This document shows positions 6,922-15,404 of a stretch of DNA of 24,069 nucleotides, one piece after another. This stretch comes from a virus. A program made the position numbers and the translations under genes. The notes below the pieces were generated by a model. It worked only from the letters and a program-made list of their open reading frames with translations. It ran no database searches and had not been told where the DNA came from. The DNA is taken from positions 67,302 through 91,370 of IMG/VR virus record IMGVR_UViG_3300028585_000003. One strand, 5' to 3'. Each line of letters begins with the position of its first letter. Position 1 is the stretch's first letter.

Positions 6922-8559
6922 ATGCAAGAACAATCTCTAACGTCCAGGGCACGTTCATTCCTGGGCAAGCTGTTCGGCCCGAAGAACGTCGAGAACAGCA
7001 CGATCACGTCCGAGCACGAAATGGACGCGATGACGGACGGGCTTTCAATCTCGACCCTGCTGGGCACCGCCAAGCGCACCGCCCGCAACCGGCAGCAGAT
7101 TTTCCAGAAGTGGCTCGATATGATCGGCGACCCGATTATCTCGACCGGCCTGCGCCTGCACGTCACGGCCGCCCTGGGCGGCGATGAAACGTCCGGCGAC
7201 GTGGTTTTCCTGGAGGACAACCCGGCGCTCAAGGACGACAAGACGGCCGCCAAGATTGCCGAGGAAATTCGCACCGACCTGACGCCCATCTTCAACCGCA
7301 TCGCGTACACCGTCGCTTTCAATGGCGCGGGCTATGGCGACGCCTACGGCCGCGTGTACGCCGACGGCAAGAACGGCGTCGTTGACGTGTACGTGGATGA
7401 ATTGGTGCATCCGTCGATGGTGACGGCCTACGAGCGCGGCAACTCCACGGTGGGCTTTGTGGTGGCAGCTGGCCCGAAAATGAAATCCCGCCTCGACGTG
7501 AGCCAGATGGCGCGCATGAAGATGCCGCGCATGGTCTATATCCCGCAGGTGCGCGCGCTGGAAAAGGCCGTCAAGCTGGCGCTCGAACAGGACGACGTGA
7601 ACCAGCTGCCGATCCTGCCGTCCCTGTTCGGCGGCTCATTCCTCGACAGCGCCGAGGGGCCATATGAAGCGCTTGCCACCGCCCTGGCCGGTCTGGTGGG
7701 CCAGCGCGTGCTGGACTCGATTGATGAGTCCATGCTGACCATCAACATGGATTCCATGACGAAGGAGCAGCAGAAAGACTACATGCGCAACCTGAGCACC
7801 ATCCTCAAGGCATCGAAGAAGCGTGCCGAGGAAGCGGTGGCAAAGGGCAAGCCGGTGCTCTCGCGCATCTACAATCTGCTGCCGGTATGGGGCGAAAAAC
7901 AACTGACCGCCCTGAGCGGCAGCATTACGGGTGGCGGTGGTCGCGGCCAGTCCGGCACGATCAGCATTGAAGACGTGATGTTTCACGCAAAGCTGCTTTC
8001 GGGTGCAATCGGCATCGACCTGTCCATGCTGGGCTTTGCCGAGCTGCTGTCGGGCGGCCTGGGCGATGGTGGATTCTTCCGCACGTCGGCGCAGGCGGCC
8101 GAGCGCTCGCGCCTCTTGCGCGTGGGCCTGACGGAGTTCTTCAACCAGATCATCGACATTCACACGTTCCACAAGTACGGCGTGGTCTACAAGGCCACCG
8201 AGCGGCCGTGGATGGTCAACTTCTACGGCACGATCAGTGCGCTCGAATCGGAAAAGCAGCACACCAAGAGCGAAGCCATGAACACGGCCGTTCTCATGGC
8301 CGGTGCGCTGGCCCAGCTGCGCGAGCTGCGTCTGGATGACGCGGCGCTGAAAGAAATTCTGACCAAGATCATGCTGCTGGATGAAGAACAGGCCGATCTG
8401 ATCGTCAAGGGCATGGAGAAGCCGCCTGCGGAGGATGGCGGCTTTGGCGGCGGCGAGGACTTCGGCGGCGGTGGTGGTGGCGGCGGCGGTGGCGGGTTCG
8501 GAGGTGGCTCCAAGCCGCCAGTACCGGCCAAGAAGGAGGAAGAAGATGAGCCTGTTTGA
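6922..8559 (+). CDS. prt: Portal protein, P1 Prt-like
   Basis: LSGGLGDGGFFRTSAQAAERS, IDIHTFHKYG and GDAYGRVY match recalled P1 portal motifs; 545 aa with a Gly-rich, acidic C-terminal tail. Confidence 0.85.
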   Translation: MQEQSLTSRARSFLGKLFGPKNVENSTITSEHEMDAMTDGLSISTLLGTAKRTARNRQQIFQKWLDMIGDPIISTGLRLHVTAALGGDETSGDVVFLEDNPALKDDKTAAKIAEEIRTDLTPIFNRIAYTVAFNGAGYGDAYGRVYADGKNGVVDVYVDELVHPSMVTAYERGNSTVGFVVAAGPKMKSRLDVSQMARMKMPRMVYIPQVRALEKAVKLALEQDDVNQLPILPSLFGGSFLDSAEGPYEALATALAGLVGQRVLDSIDESMLTINMDSMTKEQQKDYMRNLSTILKASKKRAEEAVAKGKPVLSRIYNLLPVWGEKQLTALSGSITGGGGRGQSGTISIEDVMFHAKLLSGAIGIDLSMLGFAELLSGGLGDGGFFRTSAQAAERSRLLRVGLTEFFNQIIDIHTFHKYGVVYKATERPWMVNFYGTISALESEKQHTKSEAMNTAVLMAGALAQLRELRLDDAALKEILTKIMLLDEEQADLIVKGMEKPPAEDGGFGGGEDFGGGGGGGGGGGFGGGSKPPVPAKKEEEDEPV

Positions 8560-9367
8560 CAGTATCGCCAGTAAGGTAGCGCCCGCCAACATCATCAGCA
8601 AACTGTCAACTGGACTGACTTCCCGCATCCCGTCCGTGGGTGCGATTGGCGGCGCAGTCGGCGGTGCCCTGGTGGGCAAGTTCGTGCCGAAGAAGCTGCA
8701 AGGCACGGTCAACCGCGCACTTCGCGGCGATGTTGGCGGCGCAATCTCCGACGGCATCGGCAACTTCATCACCGGAGAGGTGGCCGAAAAGCTGGGCAAG
8801 CTGCGGCTGCTGGGCGGCATATCGCTGGAGGAAGCCGGGCGGCTCATGGCCGAGGTGCAGGCGACCAACTACGCCAAGAAAAACCTGTTTTTCATCACGT
8901 TCGGCGAGATTGAAACCGAGGCGGGCTACGAGGATATGGCGCATGCCTTCAATATGTTCGCCGTCGATGTGGCCTATTCGCCGGGCGGCATCACGTCCGA
9001 GGCAAAAGCCATCGGCATGGGCGTGATGGACGTTATCACCGGGGCCGACCGCGCCGAGGTCCGCATCACGACCTACGACGACGCACGCGGCACCATCCGG
9101 GGCTGGTTCGAGGCCAAGCTGAAAAAGGTCAAGCATCACGACGGCACGGTGGGCACGCCGTTTCAGTACATGGTCAAGATTGCCGTTTCCCAGTCGGCAA
9201 CCGATGAAGTCGGAGCCGGGCTGTTCGGACGCTTCCAGACCAATTACTTGATGCGCCCCGTCGATATCGACTACGAGCTGTCGCGCGCCGAGGACGGGCT
9301 ACAGCAAATCCAGATGACGTTCGCGCAATTCGATACGTTCATGTTCAAACCGAAGGGCTCTACCTAA
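8546..9367 (+). CDS. tub: Tail tube-fold baseplate/tube initiator protein, P1 Tub-like (273 aa)
   Basis: ATG 8546 after AAGGAGG, overlapping the portal end; GWFEAKLKKVKHHDGTVGTPFQY resembles recalled P1 Tub (DWF...NPDGTGNIPSQY); precedes the tape measure. Confidence 0.7.
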   Translation: MSLFDSIASKVAPANIISKLSTGLTSRIPSVGAIGGAVGGALVGKFVPKKLQGTVNRALRGDVGGAISDGIGNFITGEVAEKLGKLRLLGGISLEEAGRLMAEVQATNYAKKNLFFITFGEIETEAGYEDMAHAFNMFAVDVAYSPGGITSEAKAIGMGVMDVITGADRAEVRITTYDDARGTIRGWFEAKLKKVKHHDGTVGTPFQYMVKIAVSQSATDEVGAGLFGRFQTNYLMRPVDIDYELSRAEDGLQQIQMTFAQFDTFMFKPKGST

Positions 9368-11610
9368 TGGCAATCAATTCTGACCGCGACGGCTTCCTGC
9401 TTCCAGATGAGCGCCTGAGCGCCGACACGCTGGCGCAAGGCATCCAAGGCATCCAGCAAAACACCGATGCAATCCTGGCGCTCCTGCGCGCGAACATGCA
9501 GGCCATGGAGCGTCAAGCCAACAGCGCCAACCCGAATGCCCCTGGCGGCCCTGGTGGCCCTGGTCCGAGCCAAGGCCAGGCCCAGGGCGGCAGCGCCGGA
9601 CAGGCGGGTGGCCTGCCATCGGTCCCAGTGCCCGACGGCAGCGGCAGCCGGGATGAGGCGGCACGCAATGCGCCACGCGACAGCCAGGGGCGTTTCGTGC
9701 GTGACCCTGGTGCGGACGTAGCCGGGGAGGTGCGCCAGCTCACGCGCCAGCAGGCCCAGCAGGCGGCCGAGGAACAGCGCGCGGAGGAATCGCGCCGCAC
9801 CCGCGAGGGCACCGACCAGCAGCGCGACGCGCGCGGGCGCTTTGGCTCGGGCGGCGGTGCTGGCGGCGACCAGGGCGACAAGGACGAGAAAAAGGGCTTC
9901 TTCGGTCGCATGAAGGAATTCTTCAAAGGGCGCGACGGCGGGATCGGCGACGCTGAGAAGGTGGACCCGGCCATCGAATCGGCGAAGGAAGTGCTCGGCA
10001 TGGTGGGCGGCGCGTTCGGGGCCATGAAGACCACATACGAGCTGGGCAAGGCTGTTACCGGCCGTGGCGTGGGCGGCCCGCCCAAGGACCGGGAAACGCC
10101 CTGGTTCAAGCGCCTGCTGCAACAGCTCAAGCTCATGCGCCGCGATGATACCCAGTTCCACCGCGCCGAGCTGCGCGCGCTGAACGAACAGCGCGGCGGT
10201 GGCGGTGGCGGCAACATCATCACCGACTTGCTCAAGTTGGTTTTCAGCCCCATCGGTATGGCTCTCATCGCTGCCCTGGCCGGGGTATGGATGGCGCTGG
10301 GCGACAAGATCATGGGCGCGTGGAATGGTTTCGTGGACGGGATCAAAGCCAAGTGGGATGCGGCCGTGGAGAAATTCATGGGCATTTGGGAGCCTATCGC
10401 CAAGTTCTTTTCAGACAAGTTCGGGATCGTCACCGATGCGGCCGGGGCGGCGGCCAACAAGGTCAACGAAGTGGTCAAGGATGCTACTGGCGTCGATATG
10501 AAGGCGGGATTGCAAAAAGCTGGCGAAGCGGTAACGTCGGCCAAAGACAAGAGCGCGGAGGGCGTTGGCTCGCTTCTCGGAAAGCTCGACAAGGGCTACC
10601 GGCACAAGGCCACGTTCGATGGAATCAAGGGCGGCGAGCAGCTGACGCGAGACGGGCGGTACACCAACGACGAAGCCGAGAAAATCCGAAGCCTCAAGAA
10701 AGGCCGCGCGAATACGTCGGGCGGCCTGCCGGGCGGCATGCCTGAGCGGATCAGGAACAGGATCATCGCCAACGCCCGAGCAGAAGGGGTCGATCCTGAA
10801 ATGATGCTCAAGTTCGCGCAAATGGAGTCCAAGGGCAACCCGAACGCCATTTCGGAGACCGGCGCGATTGGCTTGTACCAGATCACAGGCGGTACAGCCA
10901 CTGGCCTGGGCGTCAAGGACCGCTTCGATGAGAACGAGAATATCGCGGGCGGCGTGAAGCTGGCGAAGGAGAGCGCGCGAATGCTCACCACCGGCAAGAA
11001 CAAGCTGCCAGCGACGCCGGAAAATATTTACTTGATGCACATGCTCGGCCCCGTCGCCAAGGAAGTGATCCTGGCCGCGCAGCAGGGAAAATCAGTAAGC
11101 GAGCTGTCTCCAGAAGCGCGGGCGGGTATTAGCAAGAACCGGGGCCGGAATGCGAAAACGGCGGCTGAATTCGTCGGCATCAATGCCGCCGCATACCGCA
11201 ATCAGGAGCTTCCCAAAGGAGCGGCCGAGATTCTGGCGGCAGGCAAGCCGAGCGCCACGCCACCAGCGGCCGCAGGTGCAGCGCCCCTGGTGCTGGGCGC
11301 GGACAAGGTGGCGAACATGGGCATAGCGGCCGCGCCAGCAGCCACCGCGCCCGGCAGTGCGGCCGTGCCAACGCCCGTCATGGCCGGTGCCGCGCCCGCC
11401 CCTGGCATCGTTACAACGCCGCCGCGTGTCCCGGCGATCAAGGTTCCAGCGAAAGCGCCGCCTGGGCCAGCGCCACGCTCCGATGCGCCGGTCCCACTGT
11501 CGAGCAAAACACCGATTGAAGTCACGGTGCGCAACAGCGACAAGATGGCCGGGCAGGACTTGAATGACCGACGGCTGGCGCACATCGCTACCGGGGGAAT
11601 GTCGGGCTAA
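9367..11610 (+). CDS. sit: Tape measure protein with lytic transglycosylase (SLT) domain, P1 Sit-like
   Basis: SLT signature QMESKGNPNAISETGAIGLYQIT; two RDxxGRF motifs; hydrophobic segment followed by Trp/Phe-periodic helices; Pro/Ala-rich C-terminal region; TAATG coupling to the upstream gene. Confidence 0.8.
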   Translation: MAINSDRDGFLLPDERLSADTLAQGIQGIQQNTDAILALLRANMQAMERQANSANPNAPGGPGGPGPSQGQAQGGSAGQAGGLPSVPVPDGSGSRDEAARNAPRDSQGRFVRDPGADVAGEVRQLTRQQAQQAAEEQRAEESRRTREGTDQQRDARGRFGSGGGAGGDQGDKDEKKGFFGRMKEFFKGRDGGIGDAEKVDPAIESAKEVLGMVGGAFGAMKTTYELGKAVTGRGVGGPPKDRETPWFKRLLQQLKLMRRDDTQFHRAELRALNEQRGGGGGGNIITDLLKLVFSPIGMALIAALAGVWMALGDKIMGAWNGFVDGIKAKWDAAVEKFMGIWEPIAKFFSDKFGIVTDAAGAAANKVNEVVKDATGVDMKAGLQKAGEAVTSAKDKSAEGVGSLLGKLDKGYRHKATFDGIKGGEQLTRDGRYTNDEAEKIRSLKKGRANTSGGLPGGMPERIRNRIIANARAEGVDPEMMLKFAQMESKGNPNAISETGAIGLYQITGGTATGLGVKDRFDENENIAGGVKLAKESARMLTTGKNKLPATPENIYLMHMLGPVAKEVILAAQQGKSVSELSPEARAGISKNRGRNAKTAAEFVGINAAAYRNQELPKGAAEILAAGKPSATPPAAAGAAPLVLGADKVANMGIAAAPAATAPGSAAVPTPVMAGAAPAPGIVTTPPRVPAIKVPAKAPPGPAPRSDAPVPLSSKTPIEVTVRNSDKMAGQDLNDRRLAHIATGGMSG

Positions 11611-11664
11611 TGAGGTAGCGGCTTCGATGAAGTGTAAAATCCGCGAATAATTCACGGAGGAAAT

Positions 11665-12102
11665 ATGTTTAAGCAGCTCATCATCGGAGTCGCCATTCTC
11701 ACCAGCGCCGTCCCAGCGCTGGCCGATTCCTGGGACAGTAACAAGAACATCGAGCGAGCAATGAGCGCAGCCCTCGCGGCCTACAAAAAGGCAGGCGTGG
11801 GCGAGCTGGTGGCCCAGTCCCAAAACTGCTACGCGGGCCTGGACACGAGCGTGCGCAACAAAAATGCCGGGCGCGACGTGGAATACTGCATCGCCTACGA
11901 GTTTTCGTCGTCAGAAATCGACCGGCAGATGGTGGCCGCCATGCAGTTCCCGGCCAGTGAGAACCTCGAATTCGGCATGGTCATGCTGCGCGCAATGCAG
12001 GCACTTGAAAAGGCGGGCGTGGTGCGCCAGCAGCGCGATTTCGAGGCGTACTTACTCCCTCGATACAAGAAAATTAAAGACGAGCTGCCCGGCAAAATGT
12101 AG
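11665..12102 (+). CDS. Secreted/periplasmic protein (moron) with Sec signal peptide and two Cys
   Basis: MFKQLIIGVAILTSAVPALA|DS signal with an A-L-A cleavage site; GGAGG RBS; TAAAAT -10-like box at 11635-11640; own terminator. Confidence 0.8.
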   Translation: MFKQLIIGVAILTSAVPALADSWDSNKNIERAMSAALAAYKKAGVGELVAQSQNCYAGLDTSVRNKNAGRDVEYCIAYEFSSSEIDRQMVAAMQFPASENLEFGMVMLRAMQALEKAGVVRQQRDFEAYLLPRYKKIKDELPGKM

Positions 12103-12116
12103 CTCTCGACACCCCG

Positions 12117-12147
12117 AAAAGCCCGTGCGATCGCGCGGGTTTTTTTT
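12117..12147 (+). terminator. Rho-independent terminator, possibly bidirectional
   Basis: AAAA-GCCCGTGC-GATC-GCGCGGGT-TTTTTTT. Confidence 0.85.
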
Positions 12148-12161
12148 CGCCTGAACAGTTA

Positions 12162-12203
12162 GGAAAACCGCGAGAAATGGCCCTCTTGCGGTGCCGCAAA
12201 GTG
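12162..12203 (+). promoter_or_regulatory. Putative late promoter 2 (tail tube operon): GGAAAAC-N28-CAAAGT-G
   Basis: Shares CAGTTAGGAAAAC and CTTGCG with promoter 3; fixed spacing. Confidence 0.7.
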
Positions 12204-12236
12204 TGATCTTCAACAATCCACTTTGACGGGTGACAC

Positions 12237-12725
12237 ATGACTACTTCGACGGGCGCATATCTGGCGTCCACCTACAAAGCGGTAAAGGCGATGGGCGACA
12301 AGTCCGTTTCGTCCGATGCCATGTTCGTGATCCGGGGCTTCGAGCACCTGCGCCTGCTGTGCAAGCAATTCCCCTGGCCCACCCTTTCCTCGGGCGGTGA
12401 AATCGCCATCGCAACCCCGATGGGCGGCGAAGCGTGGCAATCGCAGCAGCTCAAGACCAACCAGCAGGGTCAAGTCACGTTCTACGAAACCGTGCGCGGC
12501 GACATCGAAAAATTCATCGAAGACGTAAACGCCAGCGGCGGCAAGTTCGATGCCGACGTGTACGAGGGCACGCTGGAAAAGCACCATCGCGGCGTCTCGA
12601 TTGTCGATTGCTTCCTGCAACTGGACAACCCTGACCGCGACTGGGAGAACCGTTCGGCCGCTACGACCGTCAGCGGCACGTTGTTCTTCCACTACTTCGG
12701 CGAAAAGATCGACGGCAACATCTAA
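12237..12725 (+). CDS. bplB: Tail tube protein, P1 BplB-like
   Basis: KAMGDKSVSSDAMFVIRGFE and GQVTFYETVRGDIEKFI match recalled P1 BplB (KGERLVSSEF, VETIEGDILQFI); 162 aa. Confidence 0.75.
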   Translation: MTTSTGAYLASTYKAVKAMGDKSVSSDAMFVIRGFEHLRLLCKQFPWPTLSSGGEIAIATPMGGEAWQSQQLKTNQQGQVTFYETVRGDIEKFIEDVNASGGKFDADVYEGTLEKHHRGVSIVDCFLQLDNPDRDWENRSAATTVSGTLFFHYFGEKIDGNI

Positions 12726-12734
12726 GGCGCAATC

Positions 12735-13106
12735 GTGACTCTCGGAGAGCTGGCCCTATCGGTCAACTGGGCGTTCGGCCTCATCATTGATGAGCCGGAC
12801 GTACTCAAGCAGGCGTGCATTGCTGCGCGCCAGTACCTCGCATGGGGCGACATTGCCAGCGTTGCCGACGGCGATCTGTGCGGCCTGGACGAGCACTGTG
12901 ACCTGACCGCGAGCGAATGGGGCGTCATCAAGCCCCTGGTGGCGCTGTACGTCGAGCGCGAGAATGCGCGCGCCCTGGAAGCCTCGCGCGGTCAGGGCGT
13001 TGACCCCTACGGCCGGTCTGTCTCGGAAATCGAGCAGGCCATCACGCAGTACGAAACCATGGACTTGCCGCGCCTGGCATTCCGCGCCGCCCCGGAGTGC
13101 ATCTGA
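12735..13106 (+). CDS. Putative head-tail adaptor (compact, P1 PmgC-like)
   Basis: GTG start; apparently helical 123-aa protein; N-terminal LIIDEPDVL and C-terminal ENARALEASRGQG weakly resemble the recalled P1 adaptor. Confidence 0.55.
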   Translation: MTLGELALSVNWAFGLIIDEPDVLKQACIAARQYLAWGDIASVADGDLCGLDEHCDLTASEWGVIKPLVALYVERENARALEASRGQGVDPYGRSVSEIEQAITQYETMDLPRLAFRAAPECI

Positions 13107-13333
13107 TGGCGGCCGGGACCATCAACGTCGAGCTGTCGCACCTCTCGGACGAGGCGCACGCCATGGCGAACGAGAACGAGCGTGCGCTGGCCGCGTGCGC
13201 AGGGCATGACTTTATCGCCCTGAACACCCGCCTGCGCAACTCCAACTACGAATGCCGACACTGCCGGGGCGTGGTCGATTGCGACGCGGCCGCGCGCCAT
13301 GGCGCACGCATGAATCCAGGGCTGGCGGCATGA
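13106..13333 (+). CDS. Small Zn-finger-like protein (75 aa; C-x2-H-x15-C-x2-C)
   Basis: Translationally coupled on both sides (TGATG at 13104-13108, ATGA at 13330-13333); CAGH...CRHC. Confidence 0.65.
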   Translation: MAAGTINVELSHLSDEAHAMANENERALAACAGHDFIALNTRLRNSNYECRHCRGVVDCDAAARHGARMNPGLAA

Positions 13334-14208
13334 TCGCGATACAAGGTATCTCGCCCGCGTTCATTCTGAGCGCCCGCCTGCGCTACGACATGGCACCGAT
13401 CCCGGTGACGTTCGAGGCGCAGATTCGCCTGACCAGTGAAACCGCCCTCTTGATCCAGGATGGCGAGCTGATCCGCGTGAATGAAATCCCCATGCGGATC
13501 ATCAAGTGCGAGCCGCTGCGCAACGCAGGCGGCGGCGTGCAGGGCGACTTGCCACTGTCGGCCGTCTCCATCACGGCGTTTCCTGATGCCCTGGTGGGCG
13601 TGGCGCGCAGGCGTCGCGCGGCCGTCATCTTCAAGAATGCTTCCTTCTCCAGCATCTACCGGGCCTGCGGAGCAACTGTGGGCGTCGATGGGGATATGAG
13701 CATCGAGCGCTTCGCCTGCTTCAAGGGCGACGTGCCCACGATGCAGATTGCCAAGGTGCTGCAAGAGGAATCGGCGGTGCTGATCTGGAAGGCTGGCCGT
13801 GTGGCCGTGGTGCGCCTGCGCGAGCTGCTGGCACAGCCGCCCGTCGCCAGTTTGACGGTGACGGCATCGGAGGACGTGCAAAGCGACTTTCTCGAAGCCG
13901 ACGAAATCCCGCAGTACGTGTCCACCGGCCCGGATGGAAAGTTCGTGATCGGCGAGCGCCGCCACGAAGCGCAGGCCGTCGTGTACACGCCGCGCAAGAG
14001 CGTGCGTGCGCTGGGCCTGATGGGTCGCGTCCTGGTGCGGCGCAAGGTCATCACCGGCCAGCCGAACTTGGAAGTCCAAGCTGGTGCCGTGCTGAACGTG
14101 CGCGGCGTTCCCATGGCCGTCATCACGGCCGTCCACCACATGCAAAACGGAACCGACGGCGGCGACATTGCCCAGTATTCGCGGTTCTGGCTCGGGAGTC
14201 TTTCTTGA
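13330..14208 (+). CDS. Probable baseplate hub protein (292 aa; P1 gp6/Mu gp44-like position)
   Basis: ATG 13330 overlaps the previous stop; directly precedes the spike; C-terminal GAVLNVRGVPMAVITAVHHM...SRFWL is typical of hub proteins. Confidence 0.6.
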   Translation: MIAIQGISPAFILSARLRYDMAPIPVTFEAQIRLTSETALLIQDGELIRVNEIPMRIIKCEPLRNAGGGVQGDLPLSAVSITAFPDALVGVARRRRAAVIFKNASFSSIYRACGATVGVDGDMSIERFACFKGDVPTMQIAKVLQEESAVLIWKAGRVAVVRLRELLAQPPVASLTVTASEDVQSDFLEADEIPQYVSTGPDGKFVIGERRHEAQAVVYTPRKSVRALGLMGRVLVRRKVITGQPNLEVQAGAVLNVRGVPMAVITAVHHMQNGTDGGDIAQYSRFWLGSLS

Positions 14209-14795
14209 CCGGCCTCATCCCCGCCATTGTCGAATCTATCGACCGCGAGGCGCGCATTGCGCGCGTCCGCATCCCTGGTCTGACCGATGGCGCAACGGAG
14301 CTGCCGGAAGCCGAGTTCTGCAATCCCATCGGCGACAAGAGCCACCACACCGAAATCCGCATCCTGCCGGGAGACGACGTGTGGCTGGCATTTGTCGGCG
14401 GCGACACGCGCTATCCCGTCATCGTCGGCTACCGCCCGCGCAACGTGGAAAACGGCGTCGATTGGCGGCGCTTCCACCACGCAAACTTCGATTTCACCGC
14501 CGACAAGCAGTTCGTCATCAACGCCGAAGAAGTCATCGTCAACGCCAAGAAAGTGACCGTCAACGCAAGCGAGAAGGCCAGTGTCGTCTCGCCCGAGGTG
14601 CTGGTCGATTCGGCCAGCTCGAAGTTCACAGGAAAGGTGGAAGTCGCAGGGGCGTTCACCTACAAGGCGGGCATGACCGGCAGCGGCGGCGCGAGCATCG
14701 CCGGTTCCATGACGAACAACGGCACAAACATCGGCAGCACCCACACGCACGGCGGCGTGCAGACCGGCGGCGGCAAGTCCGGCACCCCCTCATAA
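14205..14795 (+). CDS. Baseplate spike (gpV/gp5-like)
   Basis: N-terminal OB-fold (RVRIPGL...GDDVWLAFVGGDTRYPVIVG), beta-repeat region and C-terminal HTH (HxH) metal-binding tip; TTG start coupled by TTGA. Confidence 0.85.
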   Translation: MTGLIPAIVESIDREARIARVRIPGLTDGATELPEAEFCNPIGDKSHHTEIRILPGDDVWLAFVGGDTRYPVIVGYRPRNVENGVDWRRFHHANFDFTADKQFVINAEEVIVNAKKVTVNASEKASVVSPEVLVDSASSKFTGKVEVAGAFTYKAGMTGSGGASIAGSMTNNGTNIGSTHTHGGVQTGGGKSGTPS

Positions 14796-14807
14796 CAAGG
14801 CAATTAC

Positions 14808-15287
14808 ATGAAGAACCTCATCCTCGATTTCTACAACCTGTCCGGGAAGGATAAGGCCATCGGTGCGGCCAAGCGCGCATTCGAGAAGGCCGGGGCCACT
14901 GTCACTTCGGTGGACGTGGACGCGAAAGTAAAGCGCGTCTCGAACGTGTCCTCGCGCGACGTGCATTTCGGCTTCGCGGACAGCCAAACGGCCAGCTTCG
15001 GCGTGACCGCGACCGGCGACGTGTTCCAGGTGAAGATCAACGGCCGCCTCATCCCCCTCAAGAATCAGGATGACCACCAGAAGGCCATCACCGAAATCGT
15101 CGCCGCCATGGCGAAGGGCCGCGCCAAGTTCCAGGCCGCGCTGGCAAAGGTGAAGGTCGATTTGCCGAAGTCGATCCGCACCGCCGCGCCGCGCATGGAA
15201 GTGGTGCTGCGCGAGCAAATCGCGGCAGTGGATGAAGCCATTGGCGCGGCTGAAACCCGCCTTGCCGAGCTGCGCCCGGCCAGTTAG
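14808..15287 (+). CDS. hdf: Hdf / DarA N-terminal-domain protein (Dar antirestriction and head determinant)
   Basis: LDFYNL...GDVFQVKINGRLIP...AKFQAAL match recalled P1 Hdf (VDFDQV...GDISSVKLNGKAIP...AKFQKSL); C-terminal coiled coil. Confidence 0.75.
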   Translation: MKNLILDFYNLSGKDKAIGAAKRAFEKAGATVTSVDVDAKVKRVSNVSSRDVHFGFADSQTASFGVTATGDVFQVKINGRLIPLKNQDDHQKAITEIVAAMAKGRAKFQAALAKVKVDLPKSIRTAAPRMEVVLREQIAAVDEAIGAAETRLAELRPAS

Positions 15288-15328
15288 GAAAACTCGGGGA
15301 AGCGCCCCCTTGCGACCCCTTGAAAATG
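15287..15328 (+). promoter_or_regulatory. Putative late promoter 3 (capsid operon): GGAAAAC-N28-GAAAAT-G
   Basis: Overlaps the hdf stop codon; same spacing as the other three sites. Confidence 0.7.
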
Positions 15329-15404
15329 AAGTCTCTGTATGTGCGGGGTTCCGCGCATCTGTTTGTAGTGAATCACATTCCAATTTCTTTATAGGGCAAC
15401 ACCA

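Noticed and set aside
8435-8545. Extended ORF-track starts (8435; likewise 13097, 13252, 19852, 21778, 21822, 22127)
   Set aside because: They run through upstream genes or promoters; downstream starts have an RBS, stop/start coupling or a matching predicted TSS.
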